64,000 bases of DNA from a phage. Both the position numbers and the translations under genes were made by a program. The notes beneath the pieces are model-generated. The model was not told the origin of the DNA and searched no databases. It saw nothing but the letters and a program-made list of their open reading frames with translations. How positions within the stretch are numbered: the stretch's first letter is position 1; each line of letters begins with the position of its first letter. This document shows, piece after piece, positions 1-11,463 of the stretch. The stretch is taken from sequence record PX880102.1, one strand, 5' to 3'.

Positions 1-105
1 TTTTTGAGCTCGGAATTCTGGATTGCATCTAAAAAATTGATTTACGTGACCGTAATCACGTGTAGTATTACCTTCATTTTCATAAATAGTGTGAACAACA
101 AACAT
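1..105 (-). CDS. 5' end of a minus-strand gene running off the window edge (hypothetical, 30.x-cluster position)
   Basis: ATG at 103-105 overlaps the upstream stop (TAATG); 35 open codons to position 1. Confidence 0.35.
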   Translation of the reverse strand, partial: MFVVHTIYENEGNTTRDYGHVNQFFRCNPEFRAQK

Positions 106-941
106 TAGAATGCTCCTTGGAAAATATTATCACCACTAGTAGGTCTATTATACAAATACTCTATGCCACCGGGTTTAATATAGTTCCATGTCTGAAATGG
201 ATGTGTCTGATATGGATGATATAGATTATAAGGATTAAATCCAGGAGTTCTCCAGGTAGTGTTCCAAGGAAAAGAATCGTTTTTAACCATCTTCTCAATT
301 ACATCTTTTATAGCTTTTTCACTATCAAAACTTTCTTTATTTTCCTTCGGTGAAAAAAGCTTATTCTCTACATCATTCCATGTATAAACTCGCTGAGCAG
401 TTTTTGGAATATTGTCACGTTCCCCTCGAGCCATCCAATAAACAGGAACACTTAATATTTCACTCGCATGATCGCAGTGATGAGCGAGATCGTCGATATA
501 ACAAATTACGTTATATTTCTCTTTTGCCTTTTTGAACAACTCTTCTTTTGAAGAATCATGACCACACATCATTACTTCCGAGAAGGCACCAGGAAAAAGA
601 GCATTCAAATTAAATTGACGATTCAGCAGAGCGTCAATAGAATCACCCAATGCTGTAACAGCAACAAAATTATAATCTTCTTTTAATTTGTTAATTACAC
701 ACAGAGCATCTTTATACGGAGACAAGTAACGAATAAAATCTGAACGATTGTATTTTTCAATTAACTTGACACCAAGTTCTTCATCACAATTAAAGAGTTT
801 ACCAGGAGAAATAAATTTCTCATCCTGGATCATTTTTAAAATATGTTCTAACGGAAGATTATATTTCTGAGCAAAATAAGGAAGGCCTGATTGCCAGCTT
901 AAACATACTCCATCAATATCAGTTAAAATAGTAGGCTTCAT
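105..941 (-). CDS. hypothetical protein, possible HAD-like hydrolase (278 aa)
   Basis: ORF track; N-terminal DIDGV motif; ATGA coupling to neighbour. Confidence 0.6.
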   Translation of the reverse strand: MKPTILTDIDGVCLSWQSGLPYFAQKYNLPLEHILKMIQDEKFISPGKLFNCDEELGVKLIEKYNRSDFIRYLSPYKDALCVINKLKEDYNFVAVTALGDSIDALLNRQFNLNALFPGAFSEVMMCGHDSSKEELFKKAKEKYNVICYIDDLAHHCDHASEILSVPVYWMARGERDNIPKTAQRVYTWNDVENKLFSPKENKESFDSEKAIKDVIEKMVKNDSFPWNTTWRTPGFNPYNLYHPYQTHPFQTWNYIKPGGIEYLYNRPTSGDNIFQGAF

Positions 942-1402
942 AAAGAGTCTCTTAATAGGTTTAACACATCAATAAATTCAGCTTCGGTTAGTATTGTATC
1001 ATCTTTTGTTAGACCACTAGCCATGCTATGCTTCAAAACTTTTCCTTTCGAGGCTTGTAATGCATCACGAAAGCCCTTGTTTTGGATCGCTGCTTCAAAA
1101 TATGCATTTGTGTATAATTCTTTCCACGCCGGGGAGTATCTTGAAAATGGAACTCCAAGCCAGAAGAGGGTCCCACGGTCCTGAGCTCTAGCATAAGACC
1201 TTCCAGCTTGTTGGGCGGCAAGCCCGGATAACCCAAATATACGACGTTGTTGTTCAACGTTTTTCACCTTGCACCCTTGGAGGAATCCTTCAAGACCTCC
1301 AAATTGAATACCATCCATAACGAAAGGCCAATGGGCGAAATTACTTAATGCACATGATGGCCACCTAAAATTACTTCTAATCTCTAACTCAGACATTTTC
1401 AA
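938..1402 (-). CDS. YbiA/NADAR-like (DUF1768-like) protein, 154 aa
   Basis: SNFAHWPF...DG motif pattern recalled for YbiA-type domains; overlapping stop/start with flanking genes. Confidence 0.55.
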   Translation of the reverse strand: MKMSELEIRSNFRWPSCALSNFAHWPFVMDGIQFGGLEGFLQGCKVKNVEQQRRIFGLSGLAAQQAGRSYARAQDRGTLFWLGVPFSRYSPAWKELYTNAYFEAAIQNKGFRDALQASKGKVLKHSMASGLTKDDTILTEAEFIDVLNLLRDSL

Positions 1403-1595
1403 TGCTTATAATTTCAACATCAGCCCAATGACCATAGTTTGGTAGACGAAATTCAACTGGCCAGTCACTGCCTTTTTCTAATATAATAGACTTAACTTGT
1501 GGTTCTTCGTGTTCATCAGTATACGGATTTTTATCTGTTACTTTATATGTGACCTTAATGTACTGAATTCCAAAAATCTTATTAATTATATTCAT
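1389..1595 (-). CDS. hypothetical protein (68 aa)
   Basis: ORF track; translationally coupled in minus-strand operon. Confidence 0.5.
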   Translation of the reverse strand: MNIINKIFGIQYIKVTYKVTDKNPYTDEHEEPQVKSIILEKGSDWPVEFRLPNYGHWADVEIISIENV

Positions 1596-1789
1596 ACTAT
1601 TTCCTTTAATCCGTAGATAGGAGATAATTCATCGCCCATACGAAGGTCTTCATTTCCATCTACCCAAGAAACAATATAAGCCTTTTTTACTTGAACATCT
1701 CCCAATTTAAATGCGGGTAAAACCTTAGAAATTAATCCAGGTATACCAACTCCCTTTAATTCAACAGTTTGGCCTAAAAAGAATTTCAT
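1592..1789 (-). CDS. hypothetical protein (65 aa)
   Basis: ORF track; ATGA overlap. Confidence 0.5.
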   Translation of the reverse strand: MKFFLGQTVELKGVGIPGLISKVLPAFKLGDVQVKKAYIVSWVDGNEDLRMGDELSPIYGLKEIV

Positions 1790-2076
1790 TAGAACCTCAT
1801 CTGAAAACCATGTGATTTAACATTACCACCATTAATATCAGAACTATTAATTTCACGTGCAATTGAGGGATCAATGTCAATTTCGCCATTAAGTTTAATG
1901 ATAGACAAAGTATCACGCCCATTTACTGTGCGGAACTCTAAAGGACAAACCACATCAACGTAGTTTTTAATCGATTCACTGGTAGGCTGCAAATGAGCAG
2001 GAAGGTCTTTAGGTGCCTTTGAGAAAACCACTTCACAGAAATTTTTACGAGTATCAAAATAAGTAGTCATAAACAT
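1789..2076 (-). CDS. hypothetical protein (about 95 aa; start taken at the internal ATG after GAGGAAA)
   Basis: ORF track 1789..2127; longer start would read through an intergenic hairpin. Confidence 0.5.
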   Translation of the reverse strand: MFMTTYFDTRKNFCEVVFSKAPKDLPAHLQPTSESIKNYVDVVCPLEFRTVNGRDTLSIIKLNGEIDIDPSIAREINSSDINGGNVKSHGFQMRF

Positions 2077-2093
2077 AATATTTTCCTCAGTAA

Positions 2094-2107
2094 GGGGCCG
2101 AAGCCCC
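2094..2107 (-). other. intergenic GC hairpin immediately 5' of an RBS
   Basis: GGGGCTTCGGCCCC; no U-run on the minus strand. Confidence 0.4.
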
Positions 2108-2116
2108 TGTTTTATT

Positions 2117-2482
2117 TTAAATATCAAATTCGTTAAGAACTACATCAAAGATTGCTTCAAGATGCTCAGGTTTAGCTTTGTTAATCAGAATATGACGAAT
2201 CCAAGTTTTAACCAGAAGCTTGCGATTAGCACCATTCCAGCAAGGATGAGTCCCTAAATCGCGTCGACGGAAATCATCATCTAGAGCGACTTTAAAGTTG
2301 GAACCTTCCATCGTGATTGAAACCGTGATACCGTTTTCAAATCGCATATAAACGTAGTTAGGAGTCATATACTGTTCAATTTCGCATACTGATCCATTTT
2401 GATGTTTCCAAAGGCAAATAGTATCAATAGAACCTGCAATACCGTTAGAAACATATTTACGTTCAAAGTTGATGTAGTTCAT
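2117..2482 (-). CDS. hypothetical protein (121 aa)
   Basis: ORF track 2117..2548 trimmed; the first 22 codons are the early promoter/leader; GGAGAATAAAATG RBS. Confidence 0.55.
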   Translation of the reverse strand: MNYINFERKYVSNGIAGSIDTICLWKHQNGSVCEIEQYMTPNYVYMRFENGITVSITMEGSNFKVALDDDFRRRDLGTHPCWNGANRKLLVKTWIRHILINKAKPEHLEAIFDVVLNEFDI

Positions 2483-2514
2483 TTTATTCTCCAGATGTTT
2501 AATTGCGGTACAGG

Positions 2515-2548
2515 TATATAATATCATATCCTGTACCAAAGTAAACAA
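2515..2548 (-). promoter_or_regulatory. T4-type early promoter (GTTTAC -35, 17-18 nt, TATTAT -10)
   Basis: gtaaac at 2541-2546 on plus strand; -10 near 2518-2523. Confidence 0.5.
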
Positions 2549-2881
2549 TTATTTTACTACTTTCCAGTGCTGCATGTCAAGTTTACCAACTTTTTTCATC
2601 TTCTCAATTAAGCGTTCGGCGCGTTGGCGAGCTGTAACATAATACCATTCACCCAATTCATTTTGTTCAATTTTTCCAACGATTACTGTGTTCAATTCAT
2701 AAATCCAACCAGTAAAGAAATTATGAACTTGAATTGTAAAGGTGAAATCTGTTCCCATACCTTCTGTTGTTTCTACTTCAATAATATCACCTTCAACTGC
2801 CATTAAGAACCACATAGTTTCATCATATTTACCGTTGAAGCATTTAGTTTTAACTGCAGCGTTCAGATTAATCGTTTTCAT
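2549..2881 (-). CDS. hypothetical protein (110 aa)
   Basis: ORF track; early promoter and terminator immediately upstream. Confidence 0.55.
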   Translation of the reverse strand: MKTINLNAAVKTKCFNGKYDETMWFLMAVEGDIIEVETTEGMGTDFTFTIQVHNFFTGWIYELNTVIVGKIEQNELGEWYYVTARQRAERLIEKMKKVGKLDMQHWKVVK

Positions 2882-2904
2882 TTTATTCTCCTTTGTTTGT
2901 GTAA

Positions 2905-2940
2905 GATAATACTATCACAAAGGAACCATACTGTAAACAA
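2905..2940 (-). promoter_or_regulatory. T4-type early promoter
   Basis: GTTTAC (2933-2938 rc) and TAGTAT -10; directly after terminator. Confidence 0.5.
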
Positions 2941-2961
2941 CTTTGTGCAATCTTTGGAAAA

Positions 2962-2986
2962 TAAAAAAGGACTCCCGAAGGAGTCC
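2962..2986 (-). terminator. intrinsic terminator (GGACUCC-UUCG-GGAGUCC then U6)
   Basis: 7 bp GC-rich stem, tetraloop, T-run at 2963-2968. Confidence 0.7.
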
Positions 2987-2991
2987 TCAAC

Positions 2992-3168
2992 TTATGCTTT
3001 CTGCTTACCAAAACGAGAAGCATCATCTCGAAGAACCGCACGTGCTCGGCGCATGATCTTCTCAACAGTTTGATTGATACGAGAGTTCGACCCACGCTTG
3101 TAGCCAGCGCGTTTAGAATCACCAACTTTCTTTTCAACTGCTTTCTTTGCTTTAGCTTGTTTTGCCAT
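2992..3168 (-). CDS. small highly basic protein (58 aa, Lys/Arg-rich)
   Basis: ORF track 2992..3210 trimmed to ATG at 3166-3168. Confidence 0.45.
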   Translation of the reverse strand: MAKQAKAKKAVEKKVGDSKRAGYKRGSNSRINQTVEKIMRRARAVLRDDASRFGKQKA

Positions 3169-3456
3169 TATAAATTCTCTTTTAAATGAAAATGCAGGAC
3201 TTATTGGCATTGCCTGCGCAAGCCCTCAAGGGGAACATAGGTTTTTGAATATTTAACGACCAGGATAACCATAAACCCGTCATCATACACCAAGACTTAC
3301 ACAGATAACACTTTTCTGACGTATGATAGTAACATTCAAGAGGTACACCATAAAACTGCCGGGGTCTTAAAACTATAATGATTCGCAAATCATTAATCAG
3401 ACAGTTCGATGGCTCCTCGATTTTAGCTCACACTAAGGCAGTGAATCTCCAATAAA

Positions 3457-3705
3457 TTACTTCAGTGTTACCACAAAGTGACGAACTGCTTTTCGTGCAG
3501 CAGAAGCCAAAGGCTTAGCATATTTAAGTTCATCTTTTTCCTGAAGCTCAGCAGCTAATGCAGTTTGAGCAGGATTCAGATGTTTGAAATAACGCAGGAT
3601 TTCAAGAGCTTCGGCTTCAACATCAATAGATGCGCCATAGTTTTCGTGACCATTATTCCATGCGTTTCGTTGCAGTTCAAGAGCGTGTTGTAATTGTTTA
3701 ATCAT
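3457..3705 (-). CDS. rIII: lysis inhibition accessory protein rIII (82 aa)
   Basis: 82 aa; sequence and position next to gene 31 match T4 rIII. Confidence 0.8.
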   Translation of the reverse strand: MIKQLQHALELQRNAWNNGHENYGASIDVEAEALEILRYFKHLNPAQTALAAELQEKDELKYAKPLASAARKAVRHFVVTLK

Positions 3706-3844
3706 TTAAAAATTCTCGTTAGAGATTAAAACTCGGTAGTCACGTTCTTCTGAATTTCATCTTCTTTCGACAGATCTCTCAGTTGTAGACTACCACATAG
3801 AATTGTTCGGTTAACTTATTATTCCGACACCCAATTCATATTAT

Positions 3845-3852
3845 TATTTATA
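3845..3852 (-). promoter_or_regulatory. candidate late promoter TATAAATA (upstream of rIII)
   Basis: exact TATAAATA on minus strand immediately after gene 31 stop. Confidence 0.35.
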
Positions 3853-4188
3853 TCACTTATAAAGACACGGAATAGCTTTATAGTGACAAGTGACGAATTT
3901 TTGTTTAATTTCTTTTGGCTGCTTAAGACCCAGAGCTACAAAAGGATGCGGAACGTTTCGAATTTGACCAACTGGAAGAGAAGTCAAATCACCAACTTCG
4001 CAGAAACCTTCAGGAACATCAGGACCAACAGAGTGAACTACACACAGTTCAGGAACTTCACCTTGAACACGTTTACCGATAATAAGTCCTGATTCTGTAA
4101 CTTCTTCATCACCGGCTTGTGCAGGTTCAGAAACTAAAATAACATATTCACCGACAGCACGAATTGGTAGCTGTTGTACTTCAGACAT
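3853..4188 (-). CDS. 31: gp31 capsid-folding co-chaperonin (GroES analogue), 111 aa
   Basis: 111 aa, [21 protein letters not shown]... matches T4 gp31; position between rIII and cd. Confidence 0.85.
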
Positions 4189-4212
4189 CGTTTTTCCTTT
4201 TTGTTAACAGAT

Positions 4213-4245
4213 GAATTAATAATAACAAATAATTCTTAAAGCATT
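4213..4245 (-). promoter_or_regulatory. candidate MotA-dependent middle promoter for gene 31
   Basis: AATGCTTTA MotA-box-like element about 11 nt upstream of an AT-rich -10. Confidence 0.35.
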
Positions 4246-4553
4246 TATTTACCAATAAATTGGAGCAAATGCTCAACTTTCATACCATTAACGGAAATCA
4301 ATTTGTCAATAGAAAAACCTCGCCATGCACCAAGCTCAACATCAAATACTGGAATCATGTCAGTAGATTCTTTCCGAGTAGATTCAGTCAATTTACCAGT
4401 TTGCATGGTTGGCATAAAGTCCGCATCACGAGTGCCTTTCATAGTACGAATAGTACCATCAGACTTTTCAAAAACTACGTTTGAAACCCCCATGGACAAT
4501 TTAGTTTTCAAAATTTCACGAATTGCTACTTTTTGTTCAGTCGTCAGTTTCAT
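4245..4553 (-). CDS. hypothetical protein (102 aa)
   Basis: ORF track; synteny with T4 31.x. Confidence 0.55.
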   Translation of the reverse strand: MKLTTEQKVAIREILKTKLSMGVSNVVFEKSDGTIRTMKGTRDADFMPTMQTGKLTESTRKESTDMIPVFDVELGAWRGFSIDKLISVNGMKVEHLLQFIGK

Positions 4554-4790
4554 TTATTTACCTATTACAGTTTTAATATGAGTTGTTCCACGTTCTTTAA
4601 GAGTGGAAAGCAATTTTTGGCATTTTTCTAAATCAGATTTCCAACTATACGGCCTATCAATACTAGTCCAATCAGTTTTATAATACTGTTTCCATTTAGA
4701 GAAAAAATATTTCTTATACTCTACAGCAAATGAGATGTTCTCGTTGGAATAAGAACTAATTGCTGTGAGCTGTACCAAACGAAATTTCAT
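4554..4790 (-). CDS. hypothetical protein (78 aa)
   Basis: ORF track; abuts cd. Confidence 0.5.
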   Translation of the reverse strand: MKFRLVQLTAISSYSNENISFAVEYKKYFFSKWKQYYKTDWTSIDRPYSWKSDLEKCQKLLSTLKERGTTHIKTVIGK

Positions 4791-5371
4791 TATTCACCAC
4801 AGAATTCGTTGATATTTTCCCAGTTTAACTTATTCAAGTTTTTCTTAGGAACATTAAACACTTCAATACCTGCATTTCGCAGAATATCATCCCAGCCAGG
4901 TTTATTTTTATCGTATGTTTCGCAATAAACCAGCTTTTTAATTCCAGATTGAGCTATCGCTTTTGCACAATCTGGGCAAGGAGAAAGTGTTACATACATA
5001 GTAGCACCTTCAATTGAAGAACCGTTTCGTGCAGCAAACAAAATCGCATTTAGTTCAGCATGAATTTCATTTTTAGACGACCATTCAGAGTGAGCGCTAC
5101 GGTGTTCTTTCGCTAAGACAAAACGATCAGTTGAACCAAATGATACACATTCAGGCTTATGACCTTGAATGATAGTATGTTTAGGCTTATTCAGCAACCA
5201 TCCTTGCTCAGCAGCATAATCACAACAGTTCACACCCCCTGCGGGTGAACCATTATACCCAGTAGAAATAATACGTCCATTCTTTTCAATTACTGCTCCT
5301 ACCTTCCAGGAGCAACATTTTGATTCTTGTGATACTAAATATGCAATTTGAAGTACTGTACTCGCTTTCAT
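4790..5371 (-). CDS. cd: dCMP deaminase (193 aa)
   Basis: HAELNAI...SPCPDC zinc-deaminase motifs; size identical to T4 Cd. Confidence 0.9.
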   Translation of the reverse strand: MKASTVLQIAYLVSQESKCCSWKVGAVIEKNGRIISTGYNGSPAGGVNCCDYAAEQGWLLNKPKHTIIQGHKPECVSFGSTDRFVLAKEHRSAHSEWSSKNEIHAELNAILFAARNGSSIEGATMYVTLSPCPDCAKAIAQSGIKKLVYCETYDKNKPGWDDILRNAGIEVFNVPKKNLNKLNWENINEFCGE

Positions 5372-5706
5372 TTCATAATCACCAGATAAGCAGATTTAGC
5401 AGTTTCAACACGATAAATTTCGTGACGAAGTTTAGTTATACTTTTAATAACAGAACTAATTATATTCTGCCCATCTTTAAAGCGGTTTTTCTTGTCAATA
5501 AAAATTGCGCCAATCATCTTTTTGTGAAGCTCAACTGGATACTTCGTCACAATAATAGCATCATATACAGAAGGATGAATACTATTTACTAGAGTGTCAT
5601 TCATTAAAGTTATTCTAATGAACTGTGCCGTTTCAGAGTCAAGCGCTCTATGATCGCCAGTATCATTTTCAAGACAATTATCAATTATATCAGTTAAATT
5701 CATCAT
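5368..5706 (-). CDS. hypothetical protein (112 aa)
   Basis: ORF track; ATGA overlap with cd. Confidence 0.55.
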   Translation of the reverse strand: MMNLTDIIDNCLENDTGDHRALDSETAQFIRITLMNDTLVNSIHPSVYDAIIVTKYPVELHKKMIGAIFIDKKNRFKDGQNIISSVIKSITKLRHEIYRVETAKSAYLVIMK

Positions 5707-5939
5707 AGTACGCCATACACCCTTTGTGCTTCAACTAATCCATCAAAATCCAATTTGAGATGTGTTATTTGGTCACCATCACCTGGATTCACAATTACTA
5801 ATACTGAACGAGGAGTTTCGGTAATAACACGAACCGATGTTTCAGGAAATCGTTCAGAAACCTTATTTACCAATTCCTGAGCAAATAGTTTAACTTTTTC
5901 TTGGAATTCTTTGACAGTAATTGGTTTTTCACTTAGCAT
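5703..5939 (-). CDS. hypothetical protein (78 aa)
   Basis: ORF track. Confidence 0.5.
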   Translation of the reverse strand: MLSEKPITVKEFQEKVKLFAQELVNKVSERFPETSVRVITETPRSVLVIVNPGDGDQITHLKLDFDGLVEAQRVYGVL

Positions 5940-6463
5940 GTTGATCCCAGCTCCTTACTTTCAACGTTTTTGACTAATTTAACAGAAACTAATTCAGCAT
6001 CTTGTGTAATCATTACCGGGCCTTCTTCATACTCTTCAAGATATTCTAGAGCTTTCTTTTTAGCTTCTTCCTTCGTGTCAGTTTGAGCATAGATATAAAA
6101 CATGCAACCACCAGTAATACCTACTACTTTCCACTTAATTTCTTTATCAGTTTTAATTTCAAATTTACTGACAGAATCATCTTTTTGAACTTCTTCGAAA
6201 AAAGAATATTCTAACATATAAGCAATTGAAAATAGCGGGCTAACTTTATAGGATTCGCCCATTACATCAACAGCTTTATACCAGCGGTCATCAATTTCGC
6301 GTTTAATGCTAATAACATTTTTCGCAGGATCTATTTTTACTTTAAATGAATTTTCCCCAATAAACTGGGCAATTCGTTTATTAGCCCCGCAAGTTTCATT
6401 AAAAATATCTTTATATCCAGCTTTAAAGCGATAAACCTTATCTTCTTCAAACCATTCGCTCAT
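5933..6463 (-). CDS. hypothetical protein (176 aa)
   Basis: ORF track; early promoter upstream. Confidence 0.55.
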   Translation of the reverse strand: MSEWFEEDKVYRFKAGYKDIFNETCGANKRIAQFIGENSFKVKIDPAKNVISIKREIDDRWYKAVDVMGESYKVSPLFSIAYMLEYSFFEEVQKDDSVSKFEIKTDKEIKWKVVGITGGCMFYIYAQTDTKEEAKKKALEYLEEYEEGPVMITQDAELVSVKLVKNVESKELGSTC

Positions 6464-6492
6464 TTCAATTTCCTCATTTGTTTTGGTAGAGC

Positions 6493-6525
6493 TATAATAT
6501 CACAACTCTACCGTAAAGTAAACTA
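6493..6525 (-). promoter_or_regulatory. T4-type early promoter
   Basis: GTTTAC (6518-6523 rc), 17 nt, TATTAT. Confidence 0.5.
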
Positions 6526-6807
6526 TTAAATTGCTTTGAATTCTGCTGTCTGTGATTTAAAGCGAATATCGCCTTTGATGACTAGCTCAGCATCAAGACC
6601 GAATACGACAATGATATGCGCGGAACCTGGATACAGCGTAATTGCAATAGAATCCACTTGGTCTGGAAGCAAAGCGTTCAATACATGAGTCACTTGAGCG
6701 TGGATTCGAAGTTCAGCTGCATTATCAAGCTTTTCAAACATGTTATTAGCGATAATTTGGCTAAACACTACTTCTACGATTTTAGAATAAGTCGGAAACA
6801 TACTCAC
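6526..6807 (-). CDS. hypothetical protein (93 aa)
   Basis: ORF track. Confidence 0.5.
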   Translation of the reverse strand: MSMFPTYSKIVEVVFSQIIANNMFEKLDNAAELRIHAQVTHVLNALLPDQVDSIAITLYPGSAHIIVVFGLDAELVIKGDIRFKSQTAEFKAI

Positions 6808-6996
6808 CCCACATAATTTTCTTCAAGCCAATTAATAACATCCAACGCATTATCAAAAGTTGAACCATCTACTATGTCTTCTGTTTCATAATCAAGAATA
6901 TCTAAGTCTATTCTTCCATCAACAATAGGCCATAAACAAAATAGATATTTCTTTTCTTTTTCAATTTTATCGCAAAGTTGATAAATCTTTTCTATG

Positions 6997-7004
<8 letters not shown>
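6804..7004 (-). CDS. hypothetical protein (66 aa)
   Basis: ORF track; ATGA overlap. Confidence 0.5.
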
Positions 7005-8416
<1,412 letters not shown>

Positions 8417-8644
8417 TTATTTTTTCTCAACCAATGATTGAATATAATCATGGAGGTCTTTAGATGCTTTACCCCACTTATTTTGGTATTCATTTTTAAG
8501 ATTAGCACGTGATTGAGCTAATAAAACATCATTAGTTGGAGGTAAAGATTCTAATCGCTGAATCTGGCGTCCATAAATCATTGCAGCCATCTCGGATTCA
8601 TAAATCAATCCTTTGAGATGTTCAAATTGATGCCATGAAATCAT
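8417..8644 (-). CDS. hypothetical protein (75 aa)
   Basis: ORF track. Confidence 0.5.
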   Translation of the reverse strand: MISWHQFEHLKGLIYESEMAAMIYGRQIQRLESLPPTNDVLLAQSRANLKNEYQNKWGKASKDLHDYIQSLVEKK

Positions 8645-8940
8645 TTACATTTATCCTCTTTTAACTCTTGACGATAATAACATATCATAGTTTTCTGATC
8701 ATGTACATATCGTTTTACATCATTAAGCCAAATACGAAATTCCTGAGAATCTTCAAATGGCATACCGACCCAAGCTTTACCATCGATAACTTTAACTTGC
8801 CAAGATAGTTTAGCTTCGTCATATGACTTTATTTGTACAGGCCAATTAGGATGAACTGTTTCTTTCTTTACTTCTAGAGGCTTTGTCGAACAACCAACTA
8901 GAAGACCAATAGATAATATTACTGCTGATAGTTTAATCAT
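8641..8940 (-). CDS. putative lipoprotein (99 aa)
   Basis: signal peptide with lipobox LLVGC|S. Confidence 0.55.
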   Translation of the reverse strand: MIKLSAVILSIGLLVGCSTKPLEVKKETVHPNWPVQIKSYDEAKLSWQVKVIDGKAWVGMPFEDSQEFRIWLNDVKRYVHDQKTMICYYRQELKEDKCK

Positions 8941-9290
8941 TTAGAAAGGTCCTGGATGTCTTCTGCGAACTTGTTGAAGGAGTTGTTGATTTGTTTTTCA
9001 ACCAATCCTGGCTTATGAGCCACCACATCCGCCTTCTTTGCGTCTTTGCGCAGTTTTTCATTTTCACGCTCAATAGCAGCAATTGCCTCACGATTTTTAT
9101 TATTCATCGCATCAATATAATTATACTGAATTCGCAAATTATTTAATGCTAAGGCGTTTTCATTGGCTGTTTTTGTAATTTCAGTAACTGATGTTTCTAA
9201 TCTTTCTACCTTATTTTTTAAAATAATAGATGTTCCGCCAAATGCTATTACAAGTAATAGCAATCCAGCTGTAAAATTACTTACATGCAT
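8937..9290 (-). CDS. hypothetical membrane-anchored coiled-coil protein (117 aa)
   Basis: N-terminal hydrophobic helix then charged heptad-like region. Confidence 0.5.
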   Translation of the reverse strand: MHVSNFTAGLLLLVIAFGGTSIILKNKVERLETSVTEITKTANENALALNNLRIQYNYIDAMNNKNREAIAAIERENEKLRKDAKKADVVAHKPGLVEKQINNSFNKFAEDIQDLSK

Positions 9291-9787
9291 AAAGTTTTAA
9301 TAACCTCTATAATATCGTCTTGAGAAAGACCGTTAATTAAAATATGATGTTCCGCCGGAGATTTAGAAATTTTAAAGCATGCCGCAACATCTTCTGCCAT
9401 ATCCGATGCGCTACGATTTGGATTACTAATTCCAAGACGATGTTTTCCCGTTAAAGGATTAACGATGATATAGCATTTACAGTTGTTAATATGAACATTA
9501 GGTTGAGTCTGATTAATGAACACATCGCAATCATATTTCGCAAGCTGATTTTCTAAAAAGACTTTCATCTCCTCAACTGCATCAGGAAGCATATCACGGG
9601 CTTGCTCAAGACGACGATTTCGATATTCTTTAATGGTCGTTTTCCGCTTGACTTGTTTAGCTAAATCTTTCTTAAGATCGGTGATATATCCAACTCGACG
9701 ATTTCCTTTAAATACAGAAATCCCATCTGTAGTATCACCATATGCTTCAACGACCATCTCAGTAGTAATAAGCTGCAAATCCATCAT
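9281..9787 (-). CDS. alc: probable Alc (host transcription shutoff) by size and position
   Basis: about 167 aa, directly downstream of rnlA as in T4; no motif-level proof. Confidence 0.55.
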   Translation of the reverse strand: MMDLQLITTEMVVEAYGDTTDGISVFKGNRRVGYITDLKKDLAKQVKRKTTIKEYRNRRLEQARDMLPDAVEEMKVFLENQLAKYDCDVFINQTQPNVHINNCKCYIIVNPLTGKHRLGISNPNRSASDMAEDVAACFKISKSPAEHHILINGLSQDDIIEVIKTLCM

Positions 9788-9848
9788 AAAGTCCTCATGT
9801 TATGTCAGTAAGACTACTGTAACACAACACAAGGGACTTGTAAACAGC

Positions 9849-11436
<1,588 letters not shown>

Positions 11437-11463
11437 AATAAAATGGGCCTTGCGGCCCACTCC

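Noticed and set aside
350-535. Plus-strand ORFs of 60-160 aa lying inside minus-strand genes (for example 350..535, 2624..2806, 9633..10061, 19256..19735, 36571..36921, 40690..41010, 58313..58600)
   Set aside because: Each lies antisense within a well-supported minus-strand gene, with no RBS or promoter context and low-complexity AT-rich translations; treated as antisense artefacts.
3182-3388. 68 aa ORF in the rIII-proximal intergenic gap
   Set aside because: Cys/Trp-rich implausible composition, no RBS, overlaps the palindrome; region more likely non-coding.
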